Below, piece by piece: positions 46,801-58,648 of a DNA stretch of 64,000 bases. Made by a program: the position numbers and the translations under genes. The DNA is from Macrostomum lignano (lineage: Eukaryota). The stretch covers positions 372,001 to 436,000 of the forward strand of contig NIVC01000493.1 in the NCBI GenBank assembly GCA_002269645.1, given 5' to 3'. The number at the start of each line of letters is the position of its first letter. Positions within the stretch are counted from its first letter, which is position 1. The notes beneath the pieces were generated by a model. That model did not search any database, was not told the DNA's origin, and saw only the letters and a program-made list of their open reading frames with translations.

Positions 46801-49800
46801 CGCCTCCGCTATAGCTCTAGCTCAAAGGCCAGGCCAGATTGTTGCTATGGGCCGCGTGTGTGAGCTTAGGACACTCAACTTCGGACACTTAAGTACTTCA
46901 CTCAGCTATTCTTTTGAATTTTTTATATCCACCCACCCACTCCGCCATACAAGATCGGGGAGTTGAGTGAATAAATCTGCTCAGGTCGAGAAAATCACCA
47001 GCTGCTAGAAGCTTAAAAGTATGCGTTTGAAAGGGCGGAGAAGGATTTTTCTGCATGAAATCGGAATTGGGCACTTCAGTTCACTTTGTTCAATAGAGGA
47101 CGGCGGTGCGCCAGTGTAGAACTTCTACAGTATGCGATGCATGCGCACAAACCGCTTAGTGAGCTTGTGCGGAGAGGCTGGGGCACCTCTTTATCCTCCC
47201 TCCAGGTGAGTGTACATGCAGTCACTCGGAGAGGCTGGGGCACCTCTCTTCATCCTACCTCAGGTGAGTGTCTATGCAGTCACTCGGAGAGGCTAGGGAA
47301 CCTCTTCATCCTCCCTCAGGTGAGTGTCTATGCAGTCACTCGGAGAGGCTGGGGAACCTCTTCATCCTCCCTCAGGTGAGTGTCTATGCAGTCACTCGGA
47401 GAGGCTGGGGAACCTCTTCATCCTACCTCAGGTGAGTGTCTACGAGTACTGTATGCAGTCACTCGGAGAGGCTGGGGCACCTCTTCATCCTCCCTCAGGT
47501 GAGCACCCGGTCACTCGGTGGGGAATCTCCATCCTCACTCAGGTGAGTGCCCAGTCTGTTGTCACTCACCCACAAGCGGAATGGCGTCAGGCGTTGGCGG
47601 CAGTGTGTCCCCAACGATGAGGAGGAACACCACCAGAGCCAGCAGGATGGTCAGCTCCAAGTTGACTTTTTCTCCCGTTTCAATCGGCAGGAAGAAGCCA
47701 AGAAAGCTGGCCACGTACATCAGCAGGCAGGGAAACATCAGGTTAAATACGTAGAACAACGAGCGTCGAGTCATGTCAATCACTATGGTAACGTCGGGCC
47801 ACGGCTCCTTGCAGCAGGCGTAGACACCCTCCGTTCTAGAAAATTTTATGGCCGAGACGTTCCACTCCTGCGGGGGAGATAAAGAGGAGTACAATTTTCT
47901 GAACTATAAATATTTCATAAAGGCTGAACCACACCCGGGGTCATGAAACTTGAACTATCTACGGGTCATGAACCCATGAGGCTCATGATCATTGAGACTA
48001 ATCTACTTCCGGTTCATTGAGACTAACCTACTTCCGGTTCATTGAGACTGACCTACTTCCGGCACATTGAGACTAACCTACTTCCGGTTCATTGAGACTG
48101 ACCTACTTCCGGCACATTGAGACTAACCTACTTCCGGTTCATTGAGACTGACCTACTTCCGGTTCATTGAGACTGACCTACTTCCGGTTCATTGAGACTG
48201 ACCTATGACACAAATAACGATGCAAATCGTGTCGCATACTATGCAAAAGGCATACAAGGGCACACCTGGTTATTCTCCCTATAGTAATTTTTATTTGCGT
48301 CAACTGATTCGTCGTGCCACACATCCACCTCAAACAGGTGATAAGTCCAGCTGATGAAGGTTATCATGCAAGTCTGCCGGTCGAATGGGAAATAGCGGAC
48401 ATTCAGGGTGCACGTGACCTTGACCACGGCCGGAAACATCCAGAGCACGCTGCCATTGTACCAGGCCACTGTATTTGTCGTCATAAACTTTTTGCTGCTC
48501 TCGTCGGCGCTAAAGTAAAGAGAAGTAAAATCATATGGAAAACGGATAATTAAATATCTGATAAATCTAGAACGTCTGGTCAGGGAAAAACACATTTAAA
48601 GTTGGATTTGGCTTCAGTAAGTTCAACAACCAATCAGCTTCGAGGTGGGGTTCGGCTGTTATCTGGCTACAGCAGTCAGACTGGGGGCTTCGGCAGCCAA
48701 TCAGCTTCGAGGTGGGGTTCGGCTGTTATCTGGCTACAGCAGCCAGACTGGGCTTCGGCAGCCAATCAGCTTCGAGGTGGGGTTCGGCTGTTATCTGGCT
48801 ACATAAATAAAATTATCAGTGGGAAAGAATAGTAAAAATTACCTAATTTTGTAGACTGCATCACGTGGGAACTCTTATTGATAATTTAAGCGTTTGGGTA
48901 GCTCTGTGTGCAGATGGCAGCACACGGATAGGAACCTGTGTGCTTTTAATTTAAAATTGAATACTGATGCGATTATTATTATTGCCCAGAAATTGTTATT
49001 TCATTGCGAGTGGACACAAAGATGAAGATGAACTTATTTCCCGTTCAGTCATTGTACTCTCTTCATCTGCTCTGCAGCTTCTTTTCATGCTCTATTTTTA
49101 GAGCCTTGCAGAGCAGCAGACTTTTCTCTTGTCATATCTGGCAAGCCGACTTTATAATGGAAATTTCAGTTCATTGTGTTGGTCGGGAGAAAAATTGTCT
49201 GTCCACACCATAGCTTTCGGATGATGCATTGGAGTTTTAAAGGCTGTAAATACGCTCGTAGGCGCTTAGCTGAGGTCTATCGGCAGCGTCACCTGCATGC
49301 GACTCATGCCCGCCTCAGTTGCTGGGAAAACTGCACCTGGGCCGAGCACTTGAGAACTTGAGAGTTTCAGTGGATTAAAATTTGCCTATATGTTTGGCGT
49401 AAATCGAGTTGAATGACTGATTTCAGGTTTTATTGGATTTTCTCTTTGACTGACTGGATTTTGCTAGAATTGCAGGAGTTCATAAGTACATGGGAAGTGA
49501 GTTTATAGTGTAAGATTATTTTACTTTTTAATTTAATATTATGAAACTTTTTAATATGCTCAGTGAGTTTGTAGGCGAGAGGGAAACAACTGGGGCAGCG
49601 GCGCTTAATCAAAAGACTGCAGGGATAGGGGCGCTTAATCAATGACTATGGGTAGTGGCGCGTAATCAAGGGACTGGGGGCCGCGGCGCTTAATCAAGGG
49701 ACTGAGGGAAGTGGCGCTTGATCAAGGGACTGAGGGAAGTGGCGCTTGATCAAGGGACTGGGGGCAGCGGCGCTTGATCAAGGGACTGGGGGCAGCGGCG

Positions 49801-52800
49801 CTTGATCAAGGGACTGGGGGTAGTGGCGCTTAATTAAGGGAAAAAACCACTGAGGAAAGTGGCGCTTAATCAAGGGACTGAGGGAAGTGGCGCTTGATCA
49901 AGGGACTGGGGGTAGTGGCGCTTAATCAAGGGACTGGGGGTAGCGGCGCTTAATCAAGGGACTGGGGGCAGTGGCGCTTAATTAAGGGACTGAGGAAAGT
50001 GGCGCTTAATCAAAGGGCTGGGGGCAGTGGCGCTTATTCAACGGGCTGGGGGCCGTGGCGCTTAATCAAAGGAATGAGTTTTCTGTCTGCTGACTAACCC
50101 AGAAACACAAAAAACTGTGCTTACTGATAAAATTCAAACTTAAAAAATGTTCTCCTCGCAATCCTCCCAGAGACATGGCAAGCCGATTCAAATAGCTCGT
50201 AGCAGCAGCAATACAAAGTGCAGTAATAGTTTTTTTATTCCCTTTTCATCAAGTGGCGGAGTTCACGCTTCAACAATATTCAAATCGCTTTGCGGATGCT
50301 GAGAAAGCTACGCTATCTACCAAGATGAGAGAAACAAAAGTTGAGGACGGTTGAGTTAGAAAAAAATTGTTTCATTGAAAAGAAACGCGTCTTACTCAAT
50401 GTGCACCCGACTCAAAGCGTCGCGCTTTCCGTCTTTATTGTAAAAGACTCACCCTGTTTAGGAAACTGGGCCTGAGTCTCTATTGAGCTGCTTTCATCCG
50501 AGTCTTTTATGTACTTTTTTAAAACCTGCTCTGTCTACCCGCGGTTTTGTATCCTGTCATTGTTCTGCGACTCCCAGCTATTGGGTCTCAGCATTCACTT
50601 GAAACGCATTATTGAAATCATTCTTTTCATTGAATTTTCGGGTATCGCATTTTGTAGCAAAGCATAGGAATTTTCCCGACTTGTTTCCAGTCCAGGGATG
50701 TCACAAGGAAATTCCATGGATATCTAAATATAGAAACAGGGGGCCGTAGCCCAGCGGTCTAGCGCAGGCTCTGGTGTGCCAGCGACCCAGGCTCGATTCC
50801 AAGTGCAGTCACATTTTGGGGCTGAATTGGAATCTCGGCTTGGCTCTGCTCGTGCAATTAACGGCCTTGAGAGCCAACCCCCCCCCCCCCAAGGCGCAGT
50901 GAAGTGTACATGCCTAACGATAATATAAAGTTAGGGCCGCTGTACACTCCTGTGTGAGTGTGTGCCTGCGTACGTATCCGCGCGCTTGTATGCCTGCTCA
51001 GGGGAGTCGGTGGAATGGGCAGCAATGCCTCTCGCCGGTTGTGTGTTGATGTCGCTTAAAGTGCACCAGGGTGTACACAACACAACCCCCCTGCTTCTAA
51101 TAAAAAATATAGCATCGGGACACAAGACGAGCTGATTTCTTTCACATATTGTTCCATTGTATGTGAATCTGCCAGTGATTCCCATCTTAGTTTATTGGAC
51201 CGTGTCGAGCAGAAGGCTGCCACGATCATTGGTGTCTCTTTCAAGGTTCCATATAACTTTGGGCCTCGCATAACTGTTGGTGAACTGGCTTTTGTCCATA
51301 GACTTCTGCGAGGTCAAGGATCCAGTGAACTTCAGCAGCTCCTGCTATTTTTAGAACTCCATGCATAAGTACGGGCCATTAGTTGGTGTTAAGAGTCTGC
51401 TTTGTGTGCTTCAAAAAGAATATTGTTCAGTTTTTTCTGAGGTTTTGTGCAAGTTAAGTCAAGATGTGTCTTGTTGGAGGACAGGCATCGTCCTGACCGG
51501 CATGCTGTACAAAATATGATGAAGGGCTGCAGGGCGTAATTATAAGAATAACTCGGCCCTAATGAGGTTTGCAACGATCCAATGGCCAAGTTATAAGAGT
51601 GCGCAGTTCATATCATATAAAGACATGGATGACGTATCGATTGTGGATGACATCAAAGTCACATTCGGACGGCTGGTCTGAAATTTTTGAGAAGCTCGAC
51701 ATTCGAATATTGATTTGCTGAGACTGCAGGGCTGCCTCGCCACAACTGATCTTATCAACTCGTGCGATGCGCATCAGTTGCCGGGGCACCGAGGACTGTA
51801 CGGAGTTTAATAAGTGCCTTGAGGCCAAATATGACAGACACTGGCTCAGTATGTAAATATAGCTTTTCAAATCGTATCTGTAGCCAACAGAATGACCACT
51901 TAGAACCACTAGGTCCTTGTCAAGGTGACAGTGGATAAGTACGGCAGGAACACAGGATGTACACAGCGGCCCTGACTCTCCAATCGTCAGGCATGTTCAC
52001 TCTCTGTGCCTCGTGGGTTGGCCCTCACATGGGTGAATCGCCCAACAACCTCCTGACCAATTTTCGTGCAATTTCTTCAACTTTAAAATTGGCATCAATT
52101 TGGGACCGTGAAAGCAATAAAACATGAAACAATTTAGCTCTAGACTAATAGCCTAGCTGAAGTCACTAATGACTATCGGAGCCGGTAAGTCAATTACGTG
52201 GGGGTGAATTGTACTTATCAGAGCGCACGCCAATTAAATTGACATCAAAGAAATGTTTGCGGCAACTTTTTTGCTCTGCAATATCGGCAAAATTCAATTC
52301 GATGAAAATGCTTGGCTCACCTATTAGAGATAACGATGTCCGGAGTCCAGATCGCACTGGATGGGATATGCAAATTTGTGGTGCCGTTGAAGTCCTCCGG
52401 ATCCCAGGTCAGGTATTCGTCTGTCCAGCGCTTGAAGGTTTTTTAGAAGGGAGCTTTGTGTCAAAAAGGAAACGGAAAGCGACATATAAAAGCGGATGGG
52501 GCTGCGGTGCAGCAAGATTAGATGCACCGCAAGTGGGGAGAAGTTTCCCAGTGTCTCAGTGTCCCAGTGTCTCAGTGTCCCAGTGTCCCAGTTTCCCAGC
52601 TATCTGAGCGTGACCGTGACAATGTCAGTTTATCTCTCGCTAGCCCAGTCCGCCCAGTTATAACAGCTATCTGATATAGATCCGCTGTTGCTAACTGAAA
52701 GCAATGTCAGCATTTTCTGTCATCTGCGTATTTTTGAAGCTGCCAGTCAGTTAATGACGAGCCGGAACTGCGCCTGTAAGCGAAGGCAATCAGTCTGTAT

Positions 52801-54922
52801 GGGAAGCCATGACTGTGAAGCGCCAGGATAGCTGGATGCGACTGGAGCGACAATGAGCAATGAGTAGTAGGCCATTTTTCTCTCTTCTACACGCTGCATC
52901 ATAGTCTACTCAACGAAATTAAACGTTAGACTTGAATAGTTTGCTTCAGAGTATGCTCAGACAGATTATAGAAGAATTCATAGCCTAAAAAAGGCCAGGG
53001 AAACCGTGAAGCACTCACCAGCCGGATTGACATCAAAGCAGAAAAGGTTTGGTGCTTCTCGTCCTGCAATGAAGTTAACGAAAACAGTCACTTTCAGATG
53101 CTCGTGGATTCTTAAGCATTCAAGTCCAGGTGGCGTACCTGTGCTGCTTACAGGGGGGTTGGAGTTCTCTCCGCTCAGACCCGCACAGGTGCAGAGCTGA
53201 GAAAATTAATCCAAGTCCTCATTTCGAGACAGGTCCCAAGAGATTAAGGAAAATGTCCCTATGTGAAGGAGCTACATGCAATTTCTAGACCATTTTTAGG
53301 GCCTGTCCATTGGCATGGCTAAGCTCGCAGGCAAGTACTTGACGCCCTTGTCAGTTAGTATTCAGCCAGAATAAGACCAGGCCATGTTAATCGTGGAATT
53401 TTTTGTTGGAAATCCGACAGATTAAGCTAAGCTTACGCATAATATTTTGCTCCACTTCTTTCCCCTGTCTCAAACCCCGAGTACAACTTGAGGGAGAAGA
53501 ATAGGAAGACTACTGGACACCCCACAGCGCAGCGAGTTCAATCGAGGGAAAAATAACAACTCGCACAGAGTCTGCACAGGTATTAACTCAAAGGTTAGCT
53601 CTTGACGCTAGAGCAAACAAGACAGGACTCAGTTCTTGTCTCAACAAAATGGATCAACTAACTCGTAAAAGTGTACGCAAACAACCAAGAGACGCCTCAG
53701 ATGGTCAGGCAACATTTGGTACAGTTGCGAGATGCATACTGGCTGTCAAATATGGATCTATTTCAGGTGACGTCACAGGAAAGGCATACAGCGTGGGATT
53801 TCTTATATGTGACAAGCTGGTAAATACTCTTGGAATCTGGGTAGCCTTGAAATTCAGAGTTGTCAACAACATTCCTTACAAAGTACACAGTCGGTGTCCA
53901 TGCACTACCTGAACTGGTCCATGGGCCGAAGACCTGATGATCCATTTAAATGTAACCACTACCAGCAAAAACAGAAAAGCATTCAAAACCTCTTTTTATT
54001 CAGAAGCACATGAAAGCCAATCAAAGCTCTACTGCAATCAGACAGATTATGTAACACTCAAAGATATTTGGCAGCCGTAAACACCTTTGAAACACCAGAA
54101 AACATTGCACTTGAATCAACGCAGGATTTCAGCTTAAAATGGTCCTCTCAGAATCTAGATGGCTCGGGTTTTTGGTGTCATTTCAACTGTGATTTATTCA
54201 GTGCCCAGCCTACCGTGTCCAGTATGTGGAACAGCGCCACAGCTATGTGCACGCGAATCTGCGTGCTGTCGTTGATCACCGGCCTGGAGGTTCGGTCGTA
54301 GCCGCACAGCAGGGCCTCCTTGGCCGCCTGCTCACTGGAGCAGCGCCTGCGTTGGCAGTGATCGGCGCACTCAGCGGTCAGCCGAGTGACACCTGTGTCC
54401 GGGACGGGTTTGAGCAATTTTCTCCTCATTAATGTATTGAGCTTTTGCCAACTAATAATAATAATAATTGATTACAGCTGCCCCAATCGGCCAGATGTGC
54501 AACCGACAGCTCAGCCGCAGCCATTGCGCGGCGCATCTGAAGGCTGGGGTCGCCACACACCCTCAATTACCCCAGCTAATGCTGGCACCCATTTTACAGC
54601 TGGGTGAACTGAAGCAATGCAGAGTTAAGTATCTTGCTCAAGGACACAAATTTTTCTGAGGTGGGTCGGGAATCGAACCCCCGACCTTTAAGTCATGAGT
54701 CAGACGTTCTAACCACCAAGCTACAACCTCGCCAAGTCTTCGCCATTATCGAGAAGCTGGATAGTTACCGTCCGGTCCGGACAGTCCGGAGTGTCCGGTG
54801 TCCGAGGCCCGGCCGGACGCGGCGGTGCCAAGATTTTTGGCCCGCGACGCTGCGCCCAGGCCCGGCCAGATGAGCAGCGAAGGCAGCGCCAGCAGCAGCA
54901 GCATTGAAAATTGCCCGCACAT
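43827..54922 (-). CDS. Nicotinic acetylcholine receptor alpha-type (Cys-loop) subunit, 7 exons: 54922-54769, 54392-54214, 53063-53019, 52430-52321, 48509-48266, 47867-47570, 44494-43827 (565 aa)
   Basis: Signal peptide; YDRTSRPV; DEKHQ (45-nt exon); WTDEYLTWDP...WTPDI (110-nt exon); Cys-loop CTLNVRYFPFDRQTC; loop C YACCKEPWPD; RRSLFYVFNL; GEK-M2; M3; M4 DRAMFWLF. All introns GT-AG with consistent phases; total 1698 nt. Confidence 0.95.
44857..45190. repeat. 15-bp G-rich repeat GGGAAGGCTCGGTGG (nAChR intron 6)
   Basis: Direct reading; about 22 units. Confidence 0.95.
46250..46500. repeat. 15-bp C-rich repeat ACACCCACCCCATCG
   Basis: Direct reading. Confidence 0.9.
47165..47550. repeat. 56-bp tandem repeat (GCAGTCACTCGGAGAGGCTGGGG...CCTCAGGTGAGTGTCTAT), about 7 copies
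   Basis: Units at 47276, 47332 and onward; adjacent to the nAChR exon 6 donor. Confidence 0.9.
47990..48205. repeat. 25-bp tandem repeat ATTGAGACTAACCTACTTCCGGTTC, about 8 copies
   Basis: Direct reading; inside nAChR intron 5. Confidence 0.92.
48628..48803. repeat. About 65-bp tandem repeat x3 (CCAATCAGCTTCGAGGTGGGGTTCGGCTGTTATCTGGCTAC...)
   Basis: Units near 48628, 48696 and 48760. Confidence 0.88.
49595..50070. repeat. 28-bp minisatellite GGCGCTTAATCAAGGGACTGGGGGCAGT
   Basis: About 16 variant units. Confidence 0.92.
50739..50855 (+). mobile_element. tRNA-derived SINE, family 2, copy 2
   Basis: GGGGCCGTAGCCCAGCGG ... GGCTCGATTCCAAGTGCAGTCACATT; matches the 6846 copy. Confidence 0.65.
51165..51600 (+). 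mobile_element. Degenerate LINE RT C-terminal fragment
   Basis: Plus frame CESASDSHLSLLDRVEQKAATIIG...VGELAFVHRLLRGQGSSELQQLL matches the LxxLDxVQxxAxxII...YRxxxGxxxxEL pattern of CR1/L2-type ORF2. Confidence 0.6.
54453..54730 (-). mobile_element. tRNA-derived SINE, family 1, copy 3 (nAChR intron 1)
   Basis: TAGCTTGGTGG A box; GGTTCGATTCCC B box; shared central domain; (TTA)n tail. Confidence 0.85.
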
Positions 54923-55269
54923 CAGACTGGTGGCTCTTTGATGTTCCGCTTTTTCGATTAGAAATCCTCCTTTGTTTGGATCTTTTGACCGCTATTTTTC
55001 CCAGCTAAGATTTGCTTTCTGCGACAGAATCACCGCGGCCCGAGCGCTGGGCGCATTATTATGCTTCTCTTTCTCTTCTCCATTTTTCAATCCTAATCCC
55101 GGGATTAACTATGGAATGGGGCTGTTCTCCTTGCCCGCGACATTAATCCTCTTTCCTCTCCTTCACGGTACTTTTGGGAGCGAGTTTCGCTTGGCTCAGA
55201 ATTGATGAGCCGCACGGAGAGTGCTGAGCAGATCCCGTCTCCCATTGGCTGTCATGTTTTTCTGTAGGG

Positions 55270-55640
55270 CAGGGTTCGGCAACTTTTTTTACCTAAAGGG
55301 CCAGATAGAGAATCTAGTGTATTGCTGCGGGCCAGATGAGAGGAGAGGGAAATGGGGAGAGAGAAGAAAGAAAAGATGAGAGATGGTAGAAGAGAGGAGA
55401 GGCGAGAGGCTAGATGAGAGATGCAATGAGAGATGCGATGAGAAAGATAAGAGAAGAGAGATTAGAGTAGAGAAGAGATGAGATGAAAGATAAGAGAAGA
55501 GAGATAAGAGGAGAGAGGAGATTAGAGATTAGAGGAGAGGAGTGGAGAGATGAGAGGAGAGGAGAGGAGAGAAGAGAAGAAATGAGAGAGATGAGAGGAG
55601 AGAAGAAATGAGAGAGATGAGAGGAGAGAAGAATTTCTTC
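55270..55640. repeat. hAT-like terminal fragment (CAGGGTTCGGCAAC...GGGCCAGAT) followed by a GA-rich low-complexity tract
   Basis: Only one terminus is visible; purine tract at 55345-55635. Confidence 0.45.
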
Positions 55641-55793
55641 AATACTCGTAGAAGTAACAAGCAAACCAACAGACTTCTTCGTCCAGATGAAGGTGCCGAG
55701 AAAGAGTCAATGCGACAGTCGATCCGCTGCCAGCACTCGAACTCACGCGGATCGCGAGAATTTCATCGCTAAGCAATCAGACTTCAGAGAATA

Positions 55794-58648
55794 CTAGCAA
55801 TCTTCGCCCCCCGATGGGGGACATCTAGATAGAATTTCTGTTCTCTACAAGTATCAATAAGATGGCCAAACAAAGCCTTCACATAGTCAATAGAAAAACT
55901 GCTCAGATGAAGTGCAATGCAAAAAGAAAACATCCTAAGACAGCAAGCATCCCCCAGATAGCAAGCACCCCCCAGATAGCAGGCACCCCCAGATAGCAGG
56001 CACCCCCAGTTAGCAAGCACCCCCAGATAGCAAGCACCCCCCAGATAGCAGGCACCCCCCAGATAGCAGGCACCCCCCAGATAGCAGGCACCCCCCAGAT
56101 AGCAAGCACCCCAGATAGCAAGCACCCCCAGATAGCGAGCACCCCAGATAGCAAGCACCCCCAGATAGCAAGCACCCCCAGATAGCAAGCACCCCCCAGA
56201 TAGCAGGCACCCCCCAGATAGCAGGCACCCCCCAGATAGCAGGCACCCCCCAGATAGCAAGCAACCCAGATAGCAAGCACCCCCAGATAGCAAGCACCCC
56301 CAGATAGCAAGCACCCCCAGATAGCAAGCACCCCCAGATAGCAAGCACCCCCAGATAGCAAGCACCCCCAGATAGCGAGCACCCCCAGATAGCAAGCACC
56401 CCCAGATAGCGAGCACCCCAGATAGCAAGCACCCCCAGATAGCAAGCACCCCCAGATAGCAAGCAACCAATTGATAGCAAGTATTGATCCTATACTAAAT
56501 AGCAAGCATCCACCGGAAAATAAGTAGCAAGTGCAACAATTTCCTTAGCTTTATAATGGCTCCTTTGTGATTGGCATGACGCTTCTTTTTACATTTGAAA
56601 TTGCGTCTCCTATGTTTGACTTGGTGGCTCTTTACTGTTCGACATGCTGGCTTTTTACTGTTAGACATGGTGGCTCTTCTATGTTTGACATGGTGGCTCT
56701 TCTATTTTTGACATGGTGGCTCTTTAATGTTCGACATGGTGGCTCTTTAATGTTCGACATAGTGGCTCTTTAATGTTAGACATGGTGGCTCTTCTATGTT
56801 TGACATGGTGGCTCTTTAATGTTCGACATGGTGGTTCTTTAATGTTTGACATGGTGGCTCTTTAATGTTCTACATGGTGGCCATTTATTGTTCGACATTG
56901 TGGCTCTTTACTGTTAGACATGGTGGCTCTTTTAGGTTTGACATGATGGCACTTTTATGTTTTGACATGGCGGCTTTTTAATGTTTGACATGGTGGCTCT
57001 TTAATGTTCGATATGGTGGCTCTTTACTGTTAGACATGGTGGCTCTTTAATGTTTTACATGGTGGCTCTTTAATGTTTGACATGGTGGCTCTTTAATGTT
57101 CGACATGGTGGCTCTTTAATGTTCGAAATGGTGGCATAAAGTCACATATATGTTTGACATAATGGCTCTTTAATGTTCGACATGGCGGCTCTTTTACGTT
57201 CGACATGGTGGCTCTTTTTAATATCTGACATGGTGGCTCTTCTATGTTTGACATGGTGGCTTTTTAATGTTTAACATGGTGGCTCTTTTATGTTTGACAT
57301 GGTGGCTCTTAAATGTTTGACATGGTGGCTCTTAAATCTTTGACATGGTGGCTTCTAAATGTTTGACATGGTGGCTCTTTAATGTTCTACATGGTAACTC
57401 TTTTATTTTTGATACGGTGGCTTTTTAATGTCTGACATGTTGTCTCTTTTATGTTTGACATGGTGGCTCTTTAGTGTTCGACAAAGTGGCTCTTTTATGT
57501 TTGACATGGTGGCTTTTAATTGTTTGACATGGTGGCTCTTTAATGTTCGAAATGGTGGCTCTTCAATTTTCAAAATGGTGGCTCTTCAATGTTTGAAATG
57601 GTGGCTCTTTTATGTTCGACATGGTGGCTCTTTTAGGTTTGACATGGTGGCTCCTAAATGTTTGACATGGTGGCTCTTTATGTTTGACATGGTGGCTCTT
57701 TTATGTTCGACATGGTGGATCTTTTTTGTTCTACATGGTAACTCTTTTATGTTTGATACGGTGGCTTTTTAATGTCTGACATGTTGGCTCTTTTATGTTT
57801 GACATGGTGGCTCTTTAATGTTCAAAATTGTGGCTCTTTAATGTTCGAAATGGTGGCTCTTTAATGTTCAAAATGGTGGCTCTTTTATGTTTGACATGGT
57901 GGCTCTTTTATGTTTGACATGGTGGCTCTTAAATGTTTGACATGGTGGCTCTTTAATGTTCGACATGGTAGCTCTTTTATGTTTGACATGGTAACTCTTT
58001 TATGTTCGATATGTTGGCTCTTCTATGTTTGACATTGCGCTTCTTTGATGTTTAGCAGTTTTGTTGTGTTTTTAAGGTGTTTTAATAAAAAAAATCTTTT
58101 TGCACTACTAAGATTCGAACCCAGGTCGCTAAATTAGCATTCCAGTCTGTTCGCATCAGGGCTATCTCTTTTCAATTGGAGAACATGAATTGTGGCCCTT
58201 ATAATTCAATTCTTACAGCAAGTCAATTGGAGTAAAAAGTTATGACATAATCAATTTCTCAGTCAGCCAGTATCAGTCTCAGTTTAAGTTAGCAATATGG
58301 TTACGCAATTTAATTCAAGTCGTGTGTGCATTTCTTCGGTACTGTTTTCAACTTGTTGTGATGCAATCTTTATCACAATCGGAATTCAGTCAGTCAGTTT
58401 TTTCTCTAGCATTCTTACAATGCATTTCAGATCGAAAGAGCTGCTTGACCTTTGCAAAAAAAGCATGTTTTTCGAATATTTAATCCCTTTAACATTGAGC
58501 AATTTCTTAGCCAAGATGCATGTACCGTCCCAGAAAAATTTCTGATCGAATGGTGCAAGTTTGAAGAAAATCGGTTGAGCCAATTTTTCTGAAATCTATC
58601 GCATACCTACCTACCTACCCACAGACAACTCATTTTTAGTATATTGGA
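55794..58648 (-). mobile_element. Helitron-like element, copy B (2855 bp), 3-prime-most unit of the tandem array
   Basis: CTAG plus hairpin at 55794; 5-prime TCCAATATACTAAAAATGAG at 58648; same internal order as copy A. Confidence 0.85.

Noticed and set aside
51613-51909. Minus-strand ORF with faint AP-endonuclease-like NIR...DVI pattern
   Set aside because: Similarity too weak to call; at most another decayed LINE piece.
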